Shown: positions 8,412 through 17,504 of the stretch, one piece after another | Layout: every line of letters begins with the position of its first letter | Numbering within the stretch: the stretch's first letter is position 1 | NCBI GenBank assembly: GCA_032249315.1 | Contig: JAVVGB010000003.1 | Location: forward strand, 19,099-51,098 | DNA: 32,000 nt | Direction of reading: 5' to 3' | Source: Thermoproteota archaeon | GTDB taxonomy: Archaea > Thermoproteota > Thermoprotei > Gearchaeales > Gearchaeaceae | Made by a program: the position numbers and the translations under genes | Notes under the pieces: model-generated | Databases searched by the model: none | What the model saw: only the letters and a program-made list of their open reading frames with translations | Told to the model about the DNA's origin: nothing

Positions 8412-8959
8412 TATTCTATCACCGTGTTAAATCTTTCCTGCACAAATTGAATTGCTTCCTCTTTTTTAACTAAATGATTTTTTCCTATTTTATTTCTTCT
8501 CCTTTTCCTAAACTTAACTCTATAACCAGGTTTTTCTAAATTAACACAAACATCCATACCTACAATTCCTATTGTAGGATCATATTTCATACCAGGTATG
8601 CTTATATGCTCCTTTATTCCAAAGCTGAAGTTTCCTAACTCAGTAAACGAAGATGCTTTTAGTTTTTTATTTACAGCTTCTAATAATTTATCAAGCAAAA
8701 TTTCAGCTTTTTTACCTCTTACTGTTGCTATGCAAGCTATAGGTTCACCCCGCTTAATTTTAAATTCCTTAATTGTTTTTTTAGCTCTTCTTATAGAAGG
8801 CTTTTGCCCAGTTAATTTTTCTAATACGATCATGGCTTTTTTAAGCTTTTCTTCATTAGCTCCAACGCTAATATTTAATGTAACTGAACGCAATTTTACT
8901 TTAGTCATAGGATTTATTTTACTCTCCTCTTTAATTTCCAAAGTTTGTGTTTCGCTCAT
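8411..8959 (-). CDS. rpl5: 50S ribosomal protein uL5
   Basis: 182 aa with NPMTKVKLRSVTLNISVG; operon position agrees. Confidence 0.92.
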   Translation of the reverse strand: MSETQTLEIKEESKINPMTKVKLRSVTLNISVGANEEKLKKAMIVLEKLTGQKPSIRRAKKTIKEFKIKRGEPIACIATVRGKKAEILLDKLLEAVNKKLKASSFTELGNFSFGIKEHISIPGMKYDPTIGIVGMDVCVNLEKPGYRVKFRKRRRNKIGKNHLVKKEEAIQFVQERFNTVIE

Positions 8960-9711
8960 GTGTGATAAATTACAGGTTTAACTATATCTTCTTCTTTTTC
9001 TGCAACCTTTATTAAAGGCTTATCATATCCTATTGGCATAGTATACTTAAGACTTGTTCGAATTATTTTTCCATCATGAGATTCTATTTCTACTATCGAT
9101 TTTCTCCTAGGCATCAATTCAATAATTTTCTTTAGGAAACCATAATAGCCTGCATTTACTCCTCCTATAATTAGGCATAAAACTCCTTCTTGTAGCTTAA
9201 TTGTTTCTTTTATTTTTTGGTTTGGTAACTCTAATAAAATACTATCATAAGTTTTGAAATTGTTAGATTCAGTTTTATCTATTAAAAAATTTCTACCATC
9301 ATTTAAATTCACTTGCAATTTATTTCCTTTGATAGCAACTTTATTTTCTATCCTACAAATTTTTAAAGAAGATTCCTCTAAAGGAATTTTTGTAACGACT
9401 AGCGGATAACCTTTAAATGGTAATAATCTGTAAGCGAAAGGATCCTTAGCAAATTCCAGAGTATCCATTAAGCCTACAGGGAATTTATAGTCTTTTACTA
9501 CCGCTTTATCCCTTTTAACATAACCTTGATCTAAAATATACTTTACTTCTTTTAAATTTGAAGCATAACCTAGTATATCTCTGATAATTATTCCTAATGG
9601 TATACAGCTGGTTTTTTTATGGGGTCCTGGTGAAGGAGAAATTGTCCATTTATATTGTTTTTTAAGAATAGACCAAAAATCAGGAGCAGCTAACCTTTTT
9701 ATATGCGTCAT
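8956..9711 (-). CDS. rps4e: 30S ribosomal protein eS4
   Basis: 251 aa with N-terminus HIKRLAAPDFW, characteristic of eS4; lies between uL24 and uL5. Confidence 0.92.
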   Translation of the reverse strand: MTHIKRLAAPDFWSILKKQYKWTISPSPGPHKKTSCIPLGIIIRDILGYASNLKEVKYILDQGYVKRDKAVVKDYKFPVGLMDTLEFAKDPFAYRLLPFKGYPLVVTKIPLEESSLKICRIENKVAIKGNKLQVNLNDGRNFLIDKTESNNFKTYDSILLELPNQKIKETIKLQEGVLCLIIGGVNAGYYGFLKKIIELMPRRKSIVEIESHDGKIIRTSLKYTMPIGYDKPLIKVAEKEEDIVKPVIYHT

Positions 9712-9712
9712 G

Positions 9713-10069
9713 CTACACTGCTTTTAACTTTTCAGCACGATATTTATCATCTAAATATAACTTTACTATCATTACTTTCGAAGCATGAACAGGTATCATA
9801 ACAGGTCTTCCACGAATATTTTTCCTTGTAAGACCTTCAATAAATACATAGCCTTTTTTAGGATTAACCTTAGCTACTTTACCTTCAAACCCTTTATATG
9901 TCCCTCTCATCACTCTTACAATATCATTTACACGGACACGTAAAGATCTCCTTTTATATTTTTGTCTTAATTCTTCAGATAAATGAGCCGATAATAGTTT
10001 TCCGTAATCTTTATTGGTAAACTTTTTAAAAATTAACCTTCTTTGCTTTCTCGGTTGCGAAGATGTCAT
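9713..10069 (-). CDS. rpl24: 50S ribosomal protein uL24
   Basis: 118 aa with KOW motif VRVMRGTYKGFEGKV; operon position agrees. Confidence 0.9.
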   Translation of the reverse strand: MTSSQPRKQRRLIFKKFTNKDYGKLLSAHLSEELRQKYKRRSLRVRVNDIVRVMRGTYKGFEGKVAKVNPKKGYVFIEGLTRKNIRGRPVMIPVHASKVMIVKLYLDDKYRAEKLKAV

Positions 10070-10491
10070 ATTATAATTGAAGCAATACTTGCTATCTTTG
10101 GCCAGCGTTCCACAGCTTCTTTGGCAACAGGACCAATAATTTCCGTTCCTTTAACATCTCCTTCAGGTGTTAGAATTATTACAGCATTATCTTCAAATGA
10201 TATCCATGTTCCATCAATTCTTTTGTAGGGTTTTCTTTGCCTAATAACAACCGCATTCATTAATTGTCCTATTAATTCTGGTTTTCCTTTAGTTACGGAA
10301 ATCTTTACCATGTCTCCTACAGATGCTCCAGGAACTCTTCTTCTTCTGGTTTTAATACCAAATACATTAATTACTCTCCCCATTAATACACCGCTATTAT
10401 CTGCACATTTTACTATAGTATAATTAAATATACCTGCACTAAGTCTAGGTCTAATTATTGCAGCTGAAACTTTTCCTCCTCTTTTAACCAT
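10066..10491 (-). CDS. rpl14: 50S ribosomal protein uL14
   Basis: 141 aa with IVKCADNSGV and VVIRQRKPYKR; operon position agrees. Confidence 0.92.
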   Translation of the reverse strand: MVKRGGKVSAAIIRPRLSAGIFNYTIVKCADNSGVLMGRVINVFGIKTRRRRVPGASVGDMVKISVTKGKPELIGQLMNAVVIRQRKPYKRIDGTWISFEDNAVIILTPEGDVKGTEIIGPVAKEAVERWPKIASIASIII

Positions 10492-10542
10492 ATTTCACAC
10501 CGATATGAATTATTTGCATGATTTTTACTTATTAATTTTTCT

Positions 10543-10869
10543 TTATTTTATTACTTTTAAAATAACAGATGAAACAGTCTTAGAAATGGGCCTTATTTCA
10601 CCTATAATTACTCTGTCATTTTCTTTTACTTTAATACAGTCAGGTATATGAACATGATATTTACTTCTTCTCCTTTCATATCTTTGATATTTTCTAATCC
10701 AAACTAACCTTTCTTTAACAACAACTGCAGTTTTATTCATTTTTATTTTTAAAACTGTTCCTTCGTCAATTCTGCCTCTAACACTAATTTCACCATGAAA
10801 AGGACATGTTTTATCATTACATTCGGCTTCTGGAGGTTCTATACCAAAAATTATTCTTTTTCTCCTCAT
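10543..10869 (-). CDS. rps17: 30S ribosomal protein uS17
   Basis: 108 aa with CNDKTCPFHGEISVRGR, typical of archaeal S17. Confidence 0.9.
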   Translation of the reverse strand: MRRKRIIFGIEPPEAECNDKTCPFHGEISVRGRIDEGTVLKIKMNKTAVVVKERLVWIRKYQRYERRRSKYHVHIPDCIKVKENDRVIIGEIRPISKTVSSVILKVIK

Positions 10870-11129
10870 AGTTTTTTTATTCTATCTTCAGGTTTTCCTA
10901 AAAGATCTTCTCCTTTTATCATTACTTTATCACCATTTATTAAAAATAAAAAATTAAAACATCTTTTTAAATACTTTTTTATTTTATTATCTTTTGTTAA
11001 TACTTTTATAGTTTCCTTAGTTTCATCGATAATCATACCTTCACCTACTTTTTTATATTTTTTATCATAACATTCAACAAATAAACCCAACAATTCATGA
11101 TATATTATATTATCTTTTCTTAGCTTCAT
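10866..11129 (-). CDS. rnp1: RNase P protein component 1 (Rpp29/Pop4 family)
   Basis: 87 aa with HELLGLFVEC, IIDETKETIKV and GKPEDRIKK. It lies in the conserved archaeal slot between uL29 and uS17. Confidence 0.8.
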   Translation of the reverse strand: MKLRKDNIIYHELLGLFVECYDKKYKKVGEGMIIDETKETIKVLTKDNKIKKYLKRCFNFLFLINGDKVMIKGEDLLGKPEDRIKKL

Positions 11130-11322
11130 TTTTAAGTTCCTCTTCCCTATTTATAGTTAAAATTCTAGCGATCTCTTTTCTTATATTTTTAAGGAGTTTA
11201 ACATTTTTAGGAGGTTTTCCTGCTTCAAATAATCCTCTATTTTTTATTAATTCAAGCCTTAATTCTTCTAATCTTTTTAATCTTTCTTCTTTAGATAATT
11301 TTCTAAGTTCCTTTGTTTTCAT
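11110..11322 (-). CDS. rpl29: 50S ribosomal protein uL29
   Basis: 70 aa, helical, ELRKLSKEERLKRLEELRLEL; operon position agrees. Confidence 0.9.
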   Translation of the reverse strand: MKTKELRKLSKEERLKRLEELRLELIKNRGLFEAGKPPKNVKLLKNIRKEIARILTINREEELKNEAKKR

Positions 11323-11944
11323 TTGTACTCACCTCCAAAGCTTTTATTTTATCTACTAATTTAGGTATCTCATCCCAATATTCTAAAGGCGGAAATATTT
11401 TAACAGATATTCCATATATGCCTGGCTTTAAAAGAATGGAAGTTTTAGCTTTTTTAACGTATTTTTCATAAGGTTCACCAGATTTTGGCATAAAGCCAAA
11501 CCTAAATCTTTCAGTTCTTGCTCTATCACTATCAAGTTTTCCACTTATTTCTATTTCGGCACCTTTAGCTCCTGCATCCATTATTTGTTTAAGTATTAAG
11601 TTAGCAGCTCTTCTGAAATGTATGCCTTTTTCAATTAAACTAGCTAGTCTATTAGCCATAATAGATGCACTTAGAGCAGGCTCTTTTACTTCATTTATGA
11701 ATATTTCAATATTTTTAATGTTAAACTTCAATTTTAATTCTTCTTCAACTTCTTTTATTTTCAATCCGTGAGGACCTAATGCAAGCCTCGGTTTTTCAAC
11801 ATCAATAATTATTCTTATTCCTGCAGCGAATTGCTGTATATCAACATTATCGACACCTGATTCTTTTAATTTTTCAAAAATGTATTCTTTTATTCTAGCA
11901 TATAATTCATTAATTTGAAGAAATTGTTTTGCTAAGTTTACCAT
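11303..11944 (-). CDS. rps3: 30S ribosomal protein uS3
   Basis: 213-aa KH-domain-type ORF between uL22 and uL29. Confidence 0.9.
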   Translation of the reverse strand: MVNLAKQFLQINELYARIKEYIFEKLKESGVDNVDIQQFAAGIRIIIDVEKPRLALGPHGLKIKEVEEELKLKFNIKNIEIFINEVKEPALSASIMANRLASLIEKGIHFRRAANLILKQIMDAGAKGAEIEISGKLDSDRARTERFRFGFMPKSGEPYEKYVKKAKTSILLKPGIYGISVKIFPPLEYWDEIPKLVDKIKALEVSTNENKGT

Positions 11945-11945
11945 G

Positions 11946-12407
11946 TTATTCCTCTATACCGGCAACTTCGATATGAACAAGTTCTTTAAAATAAGGTGAA
12001 GAACGTCCAAATGCTCTAGGAATATACTTTTTTATTTTCATACCTTTCTGAGCAGCACAATGAATAATTTTAATCTTGGAAGTATCAAGACCTTTAAATT
12101 CAGCATTAGCTTCAAGAGATTCAAGAATTTTTAAGAGATGCTTAGAAACTTTTATAGGATATCTTGCAGGACCACTAGTATTATCATATTTATGATGTGG
12201 TACTTTTTTGTTAAACCTTTTATAAGGTATTGCTCTTTTACCTTCAATTACCTCTTCAAGAATTTTTTTGGCTTCGTCAAGTTTTCTACCTTTTATATAT
12301 CTACAAACTTCAACAGCTTCTTTAAATGAAATATTTAAATCTCTTCCACTTGCTAATACAGATTTATCAGGATCAAGTCCTTTAATTGAATAACCAAATT
12401 CTGGCAT
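11946..12407 (-). CDS. rpl22: 50S ribosomal protein uL22
   Basis: 153-aa ORF between uS19 and uS3 with the archaeal L22-like N-terminus (YSIKGLDPDKSVLASGRDLNISFK). Confidence 0.9.
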   Translation of the reverse strand: MPEFGYSIKGLDPDKSVLASGRDLNISFKEAVEVCRYIKGRKLDEAKKILEEVIEGKRAIPYKRFNKKVPHHKYDNTSGPARYPIKVSKHLLKILESLEANAEFKGLDTSKIKIIHCAAQKGMKIKKYIPRAFGRSSPYFKELVHIEVAGIEE

Positions 12408-12802
12408 TATTTCAATGCAACATACATAGAGCCTCTTGTAGCTCTTAGACCTGGTTCACCATGTATAACTTTCTTCGTAGTTATTGAAAACTCACCCAAT
12501 CTATGACCTATCATTTCAGGAGTAATTTCAACTGGAACAAATTCTTTACCATTGTAAACGTGAATTGTTAATCCGACCATTTCAGGTAAAATAATCATGT
12601 CTCTTGCATGCGTTCTAATCGGTTTACTATATGTTCCTTCTTTAGCTTTTCTAATTTTTTCTATGAGCACTTTATGTTTCTTTAGCAAACCTCTTTTTAT
12701 ACTTCTTCTTTCTCTTGCGTTTAGTAAATTTATAAATTCATCCATAGGTAATGATTTTAATTGATCTATTGTATAACCGCGATAGGTAAATTCTCTTGGC
12801 AT
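12407..12802 (-). CDS. rps19: 30S ribosomal protein uS19
   Basis: 131 aa with [21 protein letters not shown]. Confidence 0.92.
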   Translation of the reverse strand: MPREFTYRGYTIDQLKSLPMDEFINLLNARERRSIKRGLLKKHKVLIEKIRKAKEGTYSKPIRTHARDMIILPEMVGLTIHVYNGKEFVPVEITPEMIGHRLGEFSITTKKVIHGEPGLRATRGSMYVALK

Positions 12803-12834
12803 ATTAAATTATTTTATAAGGTATAAATATAAAA

Positions 12835-13566
12835 TTATCCTTTTCTCCTTCCAGTCCTTCTAGGTCCATAATAACCTACTTTTTTGCCTGGCGGAGATGT
12901 TTTTTTAACAGGTCTTCCTCCTTTAGGATGGGCTCCCCCACCGTGAGGATGCGAAGCAGCATACATAGCTTTACCTCTTACAGTAGGCCATTTAAATGAT
13001 TTTGCTTTAGAAATATGATATTTCTTACCAGCTTTTAATAAAGGTTTTTCAATTTTTCCTCCTCCTGCAATCACTCCAATAGTAGCTAAACACTTTTTAT
13101 CAAGCTTTATTAATTTACCTGAAGGTAAGCTTACAATTGTTCCATCTATAGTTTGAGAAAATACTGTTGCATAAGATCCAGCAACTCTTACAAATTTTCC
13201 TCCATCAGCAGGTCTTCTTTCTATATTAAAAATTAAAGTTCCTTCAGGAAGAGAACCTATTTGCGTTATGTTGCCAGCTTTGATAGGAACGTTTTTACCT
13301 ATAAAACACTCACTTTTCTCAAATATTCCTTCAGCAGCAATTGTATAAAATTCTTTGCCGTCGCCTAAAGAAATCAAAGCTAGAGGTGCTTCCCTTCCAC
13401 TTTCAGAATCTATTTCCTTTACTATGCCTTTTATAGGTTGCTCACTATTCTCAATTAACTCATGAAGCCATGAAGGATATTTTATAGGAGCTATTCTTCT
13501 CCAAGTGGGCGCTATAAATGTAGATGAACCACGCCCAGCTCTTTGCTGCCTTAATCTCTTACCCAT
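12835..13566 (-). CDS. rpl2: 50S ribosomal protein uL2
   Basis: 243 aa with SHPHGGGAHPKGGRP and N-terminus MGKRLRQQRAGRGS. Confidence 0.95.
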   Translation of the reverse strand: MGKRLRQQRAGRGSSTFIAPTWRRIAPIKYPSWLHELIENSEQPIKGIVKEIDSESGREAPLALISLGDGKEFYTIAAEGIFEKSECFIGKNVPIKAGNITQIGSLPEGTLIFNIERRPADGGKFVRVAGSYATVFSQTIDGTIVSLPSGKLIKLDKKCLATIGVIAGGGKIEKPLLKAGKKYHISKAKSFKWPTVRGKAMYAASHPHGGGAHPKGGRPVKKTSPPGKKVGYYGPRRTGRRKG

Positions 13567-13567
13567 A

Positions 13568-13825
13568 TTATATTAAACCTAATTTTGAGTATAATTCTAA
13601 AGCGGAAAACTCCTTTGACAATTTTACTATGGCCTTTTTTTCATACTTTGGGGTGATTAAAACGTTTACTTTTTCTACCTTTACATTATATAAGTTTTCA
13701 ATAGCTTTCTTGATTTCTCTTTTATTTGAATTAATATCTACAATTAAAGTTAATTTATTTTCAAATTCAGCTAGTTTCAACGCTTTTTCTGTCACTATAA
13801 ACCTATGTATAATTTTAGAACTCAT
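13568..13825 (-). CDS. rpl23: 50S ribosomal protein uL23
   Basis: 85-aa ORF between uL4 and uL2, with IVTEKALKL... Confidence 0.88.
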   Translation of the reverse strand: MSSKIIHRFIVTEKALKLAEFENKLTLIVDINSNKREIKKAIENLYNVKVEKVNVLITPKYEKKAIVKLSKEFSALELYSKLGLI

Positions 13826-14637
13826 GTCAATTCACCAATATAACCAAATTTTTCAGCTAAATATTTATATGAATTTATTGTCCAAATAGTAAGCCTTCCA
13901 GGCAAGCAACCAGGAGCTAATGCATGTATTGGTAAATTTCTTACATCATAAACATCTACACCTGGTAAATTTTTAAAAGCTTTTTTTATTGGTTCTTCAC
14001 CTAAAACTACCAATAAAGGTCCTTTTCTTTCTTTATATCTTCTTCCTCTTCTTTTACCTTTACCTGCTCTTATTTTAATGTTATCTTTAACTCTAATAAT
14101 ATCATCATAAATACCTATTTTTTTTAGAAATTCTTCGACCTCTTTAGTTTTGTTTATTTTCGCCACCTCTTCTCCAATTACTAGGGGTAATTTAAGTTCA
14201 GAGTTAGATATTTTATGTCCACGTTTTAATATCATGTTTAAATTAGCAGTACAGGCTATAGCGCTAAAGAAAGCTTTCCTTTTTTCTTTTTTGTTAATTT
14301 TAACTTTGATTACTTTATTAGATTTTGGTGCTGTAGGATTATAACCTCCTCGAGTCATAGGAGCAAAAGCTCCTTGAGATGCTTTTGGATAACCTGAACC
14401 TTTTACTCTGGGTACTCTTGCAATACCATAACCTACCCCCCAACTTTCAGCTGTAGTTTTTTTACCTGCCAAAGGATCAACACCTTTAGGTTGTTTCATA
14501 TTTTGAAGTTCGGTGAGAACAGCTCTTTTAATTAAATCATATCTATATTCTGTTAAAAAAGGTATGGGAACAAAATTTAATTTAGCTATTTCTTTTCCTT
14601 CAGCTCCAATTAAAGAAACAGAAAGCGATTTGCTCAT
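13822..14637 (-). CDS. rpl4: 50S ribosomal protein uL4
   Basis: 271-aa ORF between uL3 and uL23, with the basic loop [11 protein letters not shown]. Confidence 0.9.
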   Translation of the reverse strand: MSKSLSVSLIGAEGKEIAKLNFVPIPFLTEYRYDLIKRAVLTELQNMKQPKGVDPLAGKKTTAESWGVGYGIARVPRVKGSGYPKASQGAFAPMTRGGYNPTAPKSNKVIKVKINKKEKRKAFFSAIACTANLNMILKRGHKISNSELKLPLVIGEEVAKINKTKEVEEFLKKIGIYDDIIRVKDNIKIRAGKGKRRGRRYKERKGPLLVVLGEEPIKKAFKNLPGVDVYDVRNLPIHALAPGCLPGRLTIWTINSYKYLAEKFGYIGELT

Positions 14638-15593
14638 TTTATAATTTGAATTAATTTATAACTTCTAGCATGTTTTGGAGGCTTAATAGGAGCTCTTAAA
14701 AATATTACTCTTTTAGGTGGTCCCATAACAGAGCCTAATAATAATATAAATGAATTCTTGATTATGCCGTAATGAGGAATTCCTCCTTTTTTATTTATAA
14801 TTGAAGGATCCTTACCTAATAGAATTATTTTTTTATTATATATTGTCCGTTTATGAAAACCCATTTGGCCTGCTCTAGGCACAAATCTCATAAGAGTAGG
14901 TTCTATTGGTCCAATTGAACCAACTTTTCTATACCCCTTTCGATGCTTATGCCACCTTGGTAAGATTTTGACACCAAACCTTTTAACTACTCCTTGAAAA
15001 CCTTTACCTTTTGTTATTCCTATGATATCTATGTATTCTCCTTCATTAAACACATCATCTATTTTTACTTCTTTTCCTAATATACTTTGAGCATATTCTA
15101 AAGCTTTTACAGGTTCCCCTCCTACCTTTATTTCAAATATTTCAGGTTTTTTCCTACCTATTGTTGTTAAATAAGGCTGCGTACATGCTATTACTCTCAC
15201 TTCTGCTATATGATTTTTTAAAGAATCAACATTGATAGGTTTTTTGTTTTTGAATTTATAATACTTAGAAATTTTTTCAGGGATTTTTTCAGTAAAAATC
15301 GTGGTTAAATTAACCAATCTTCCATATCTATTACCATACAGTTTTATTCCTGCTATAAATAGAGGAGGTACTTCTATTACAGTACATGCTTTTACTACTT
15401 CTTTACCGTAGGTAGGAGATTTTTCATATGAATCAAGCAGTAAAACACTACACATAAAGGCCTTATATCCTACGAAACCTAATAACTTAGGCGTAGTTAA
15501 AGATATTTTAGGCCAAGATTTAACAGTAACACGAATACTTTTTGCTCTTACTCTTGGATAAAAACCCATTGAACCTCTTCTAGGAGCGCCCAT
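14634..15593 (-). CDS. rpl3: 50S ribosomal protein uL3
   Basis: The ORF track starts at a TTG (15611). I prefer the ATG at 15591-15593 (MGAPRRGSMGFYPRVRA), which matches the canonical archaeal uL3 N-terminus. Confidence 0.9.
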   Translation of the reverse strand: MGAPRRGSMGFYPRVRAKSIRVTVKSWPKISLTTPKLLGFVGYKAFMCSVLLLDSYEKSPTYGKEVVKACTVIEVPPLFIAGIKLYGNRYGRLVNLTTIFTEKIPEKISKYYKFKNKKPINVDSLKNHIAEVRVIACTQPYLTTIGRKKPEIFEIKVGGEPVKALEYAQSILGKEVKIDDVFNEGEYIDIIGITKGKGFQGVVKRFGVKILPRWHKHRKGYRKVGSIGPIEPTLMRFVPRAGQMGFHKRTIYNKKIILLGKDPSIINKKGGIPHYGIIKNSFILLLGSVMGPPKRVIFLRAPIKPPKHARSYKLIQIIK

Positions 15594-15617
15594 TTTTAAA
15601 TTGAATAACAAAAATAC

Positions 15618-15625
15618 TATTAAAA
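15618..15625 (-). promoter_or_regulatory. Candidate TATA box (TTTTAATA on the minus strand) for the L3 operon
   Basis: The box is centred about 28 nt upstream of the preferred uL3 ATG, which fits a leaderless or very short-leader transcript. The signal is weak in AT-rich DNA. Confidence 0.3.
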
Positions 15626-15995
15626 GGTATTAATAAATTTTGCTTTTAATTTATATTCAAGAAGAAGTGTTAATTGTATGATTTTAAAAAATTAAAAACC
15701 TAGCCTTTTATGGTGAGACGAAAGATTAAATATTTAAAAAGATATTTTTCTTCAACATGATAGCAACATCCCCTAGCTTGGATGATAATTAATGAGACTG
15801 GTGGAGAAGCATCCAGTATACATCAAACTTTTTTCTATGAATGATCTTTATTTTATCCAATCCAGAGACTCAAGAAATTTAAATTGCGTGACCATCTGTG
15901 TCACCTGACCACCCTCAAAGCTAGATTTGGCAACAAATCGATGAAAGAAACGATGAACTGTTTTGAAAAGTGAAATCTTAAGCTTTTTAAGTCAG

Positions 15996-16802
15996 CTAAA
16001 AAATTAGATTAAAAATACTTAATGTTCCGAAAATAGCTTCATCTGTTCTTATTGTAATCACTCCTTGATTTGGAAAAACATTTAAAATGACATCAGCTAG
16101 ATCATCTAGATTATAATTAAGTTTAAGAAATATTTCATATAATCCCTCTTTGGGCGAACCAAATAAAAAAATCAATTTTTGCTTGTCTTTTATAAGTTTT
16201 TGTAAAATTAATAAGTTTTCCAAGTTCAAAATTTTGCATTTAGGAGAGAAAAGTTCTTTGGAAGTTGCAATTATAAAAGATTTTGGTTTTTCAGATTTTA
16301 AGAAATTAATAAGATCATTTATTACTTTAATAGAGAAATTAAAATATTTTTCACTTTCATTAAATACCAATTCCCAACGACCATTAATAAAAGAAAGTTT
16401 GACAATTTCTCCTTTCTTTAGTTTAGAATTTTTAATTTTTATTAACTGTTTTAAGCCTGCATTTATAAAAGCAATTCCTTTTTCATTTTTAACAACAAGA
16501 CCTATTCTATTTTCTTTATCTTCTTCAATATTAGCTCTTATTGGAGGGGCTGCTCCTACATATTTTAAATCTTCATCTATTTTATACACATATTTACGCA
16601 AATAAGAAGGAATAGAAAAGAAATTTAACAGTTTAATTAAAACCTTATCATAGTTTTCATAATTAAATAAAATAGCTTCATTTACATTAAAAGTAAAAAA
16701 TGTTCTAGCTAAATTGGCTATTCTTATAGTTTTTTCACGTAAATGGGAAATATCAGAAAAAACGTTTGTGGGAAAAACTACACATATTTTTCGTTTTATC
16801 AA
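15996..16802 (-). CDS. SPOUT-superfamily putative RNA methyltransferase (DUF171/COG2106 family); apparent TTG start
   Basis: 268 aa with N-terminus ICVVFPTNVFSDISHLREKT and C-terminus NVFPNQGVITIRTDEAIFGTLSIFN, matching the family pattern. This family commonly sits immediately upstream of rpl3 in archaea. There is no in-frame ATG near the N-terminus. Confidence 0.7.
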   Translation of the reverse strand: MIKRKICVVFPTNVFSDISHLREKTIRIANLARTFFTFNVNEAILFNYENYDKVLIKLLNFFSIPSYLRKYVYKIDEDLKYVGAAPPIRANIEEDKENRIGLVVKNEKGIAFINAGLKQLIKIKNSKLKKGEIVKLSFINGRWELVFNESEKYFNFSIKVINDLINFLKSEKPKSFIIATSKELFSPKCKILNLENLLILQKLIKDKQKLIFLFGSPKEGLYEIFLKLNYNLDDLADVILNVFPNQGVITIRTDEAIFGTLSIFNLIF

Positions 16803-16803
16803 T

Positions 16804-16893
16804 TTACTTCTTTTTTTCCTTCTTTTCTTCTTTTCTTTCTTCTACAGATTTTGTTTCTTCTTTAAATATAGAAGTTCTTTGTCTTCCGCCCAT
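16804..16893 (-). CDS. Hypothetical 29-codon Lys/Glu-rich mini-ORF (MGGRQRTSIFKEETKSVEERKEEKKEKKK). It may be a real micro-protein, a frameshifted 5' extension of the SPOUT gene, or non-coding
   Basis: It is ATG-initiated, and its stop (16804-16806) lies 1 nt before the TTG start at 16802. Both frames are open across the purine tract containing an A7 run (16811-16817). Confidence 0.2.
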   Translation of the reverse strand: MGGRQRTSIFKEETKSVEERKEEKKEKKK

Positions 16894-16926
16894 ATAGTAA
16901 TAATAAATACTTTAATAGGATAAAAA

Positions 16927-17322
16927 TTATTCGTTAAAATTAAAACCTCTTTTAATTTCTATTACGTTAACATATTTAGGTTTTAGTTTACTGATTATAT
17001 ACATATATGCGTCCCAAGGCTTTGATTTTTCTCCGCATGTAAATATATCTATAGCTACATAACCATATTCAGGCCATGTATGTACAGAAATATGGGATTC
17101 AGCAATAAATAGCATTATTGAAAGTCCGCCCGTATTTTCAAAAATAACATACTTCTCATCTAAAATTTTAATATTTGCCAACTTTGCAGCTTCATAAAGT
17201 AATTCTTTCATTAAATGTATGTTGGTTAAATAAGAAGAATTTTTATCGATTCTAAGGTCTGCTATTACATGCTTTCCAATCTCGAACAACTTTACAGGTT
17301 CTAATTGTTCACCTACCCCCAT
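16927..17322 (-). CDS. speH: Pyruvoyl-dependent S-adenosylmethionine decarboxylase proenzyme family (SpeH type). A crenarchaeal paralogue of this family acts as arginine decarboxylase, so substrate is not certain
   Basis: 131 aa with the self-cleavage and active-site motif FIAESHISVHTWPEYGYVAIDIFTCG. Confidence 0.8.
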   Translation of the reverse strand: MGVGEQLEPVKLFEIGKHVIADLRIDKNSSYLTNIHLMKELLYEAAKLANIKILDEKYVIFENTGGLSIMLFIAESHISVHTWPEYGYVAIDIFTCGEKSKPWDAYMYIISKLKPKYVNVIEIKRGFNFNE

Positions 17323-17504
17323 TTAACATTTTTAACTTCATAATTTTAGCTTAAAAATTTTTCTTTTTTTAAAAATCAATGTAAATTCGGATTAAACTAA
17401 TGCACCTTCTTAAAAGATAAGAATTTCAACCCCTGTAATTTATTTTACAAAAAAATTAAAGGTATGTAATTTATGGAGGGGAAAATCAGATAAATGGAAT
17501 TATA

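Noticed and set aside
15594-15611. TTG-initiated N-terminal extension of uL3 (MLFNLK...), and likewise the MKVIKAVKLK extension of uL18 at 6445-6474
   Set aside because: The internal ATG codons give the canonical family N-termini (MGAPRRGS..., MAKK..KRRRKG.TNY). They also fit the tight stop-to-start spacing seen elsewhere in the operon.
15760-15930. C/D box sRNA, SRP RNA or RNase P RNA in the L3 upstream spacer
   Set aside because: GGAUGA is followed after 12 nt by CUGG, and a CUGA sits at 15905-15908, which is suggestive. However, there is no canonical RUGAUGA...CUGA pair with an adjacent terminal stem and 12-nt guide spacing. I found no RNase P CR-I (GAGGAAAGUCC) or CR-V motifs. I also found no SRP helix-8 signature. 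The region is kept only as an unassigned candidate.
16808-16860. Long polypyrimidine (plus strand) / polypurine (minus strand) tract as a repeat or regulatory element
   Set aside because: It is explained by the Lys/Glu-rich coding potential (AAG/GAA codons) of the mini-ORF and spacer. It has no periodic repeat unit.
17430-17481. 9-nt direct repeat GTAATTTAT (17435-17443 and 17466-17474) bracketed by inverted CCCCT/AGGGG, between tRNA-Ser(UGA) and speH
   Set aside because: A single 9-mer repeat of A/T-rich sequence in a 180-nt A/T-rich spacer is about what chance predicts. The 5-bp stem would enclose a loop of about 40 nt. There is no further support for an element.
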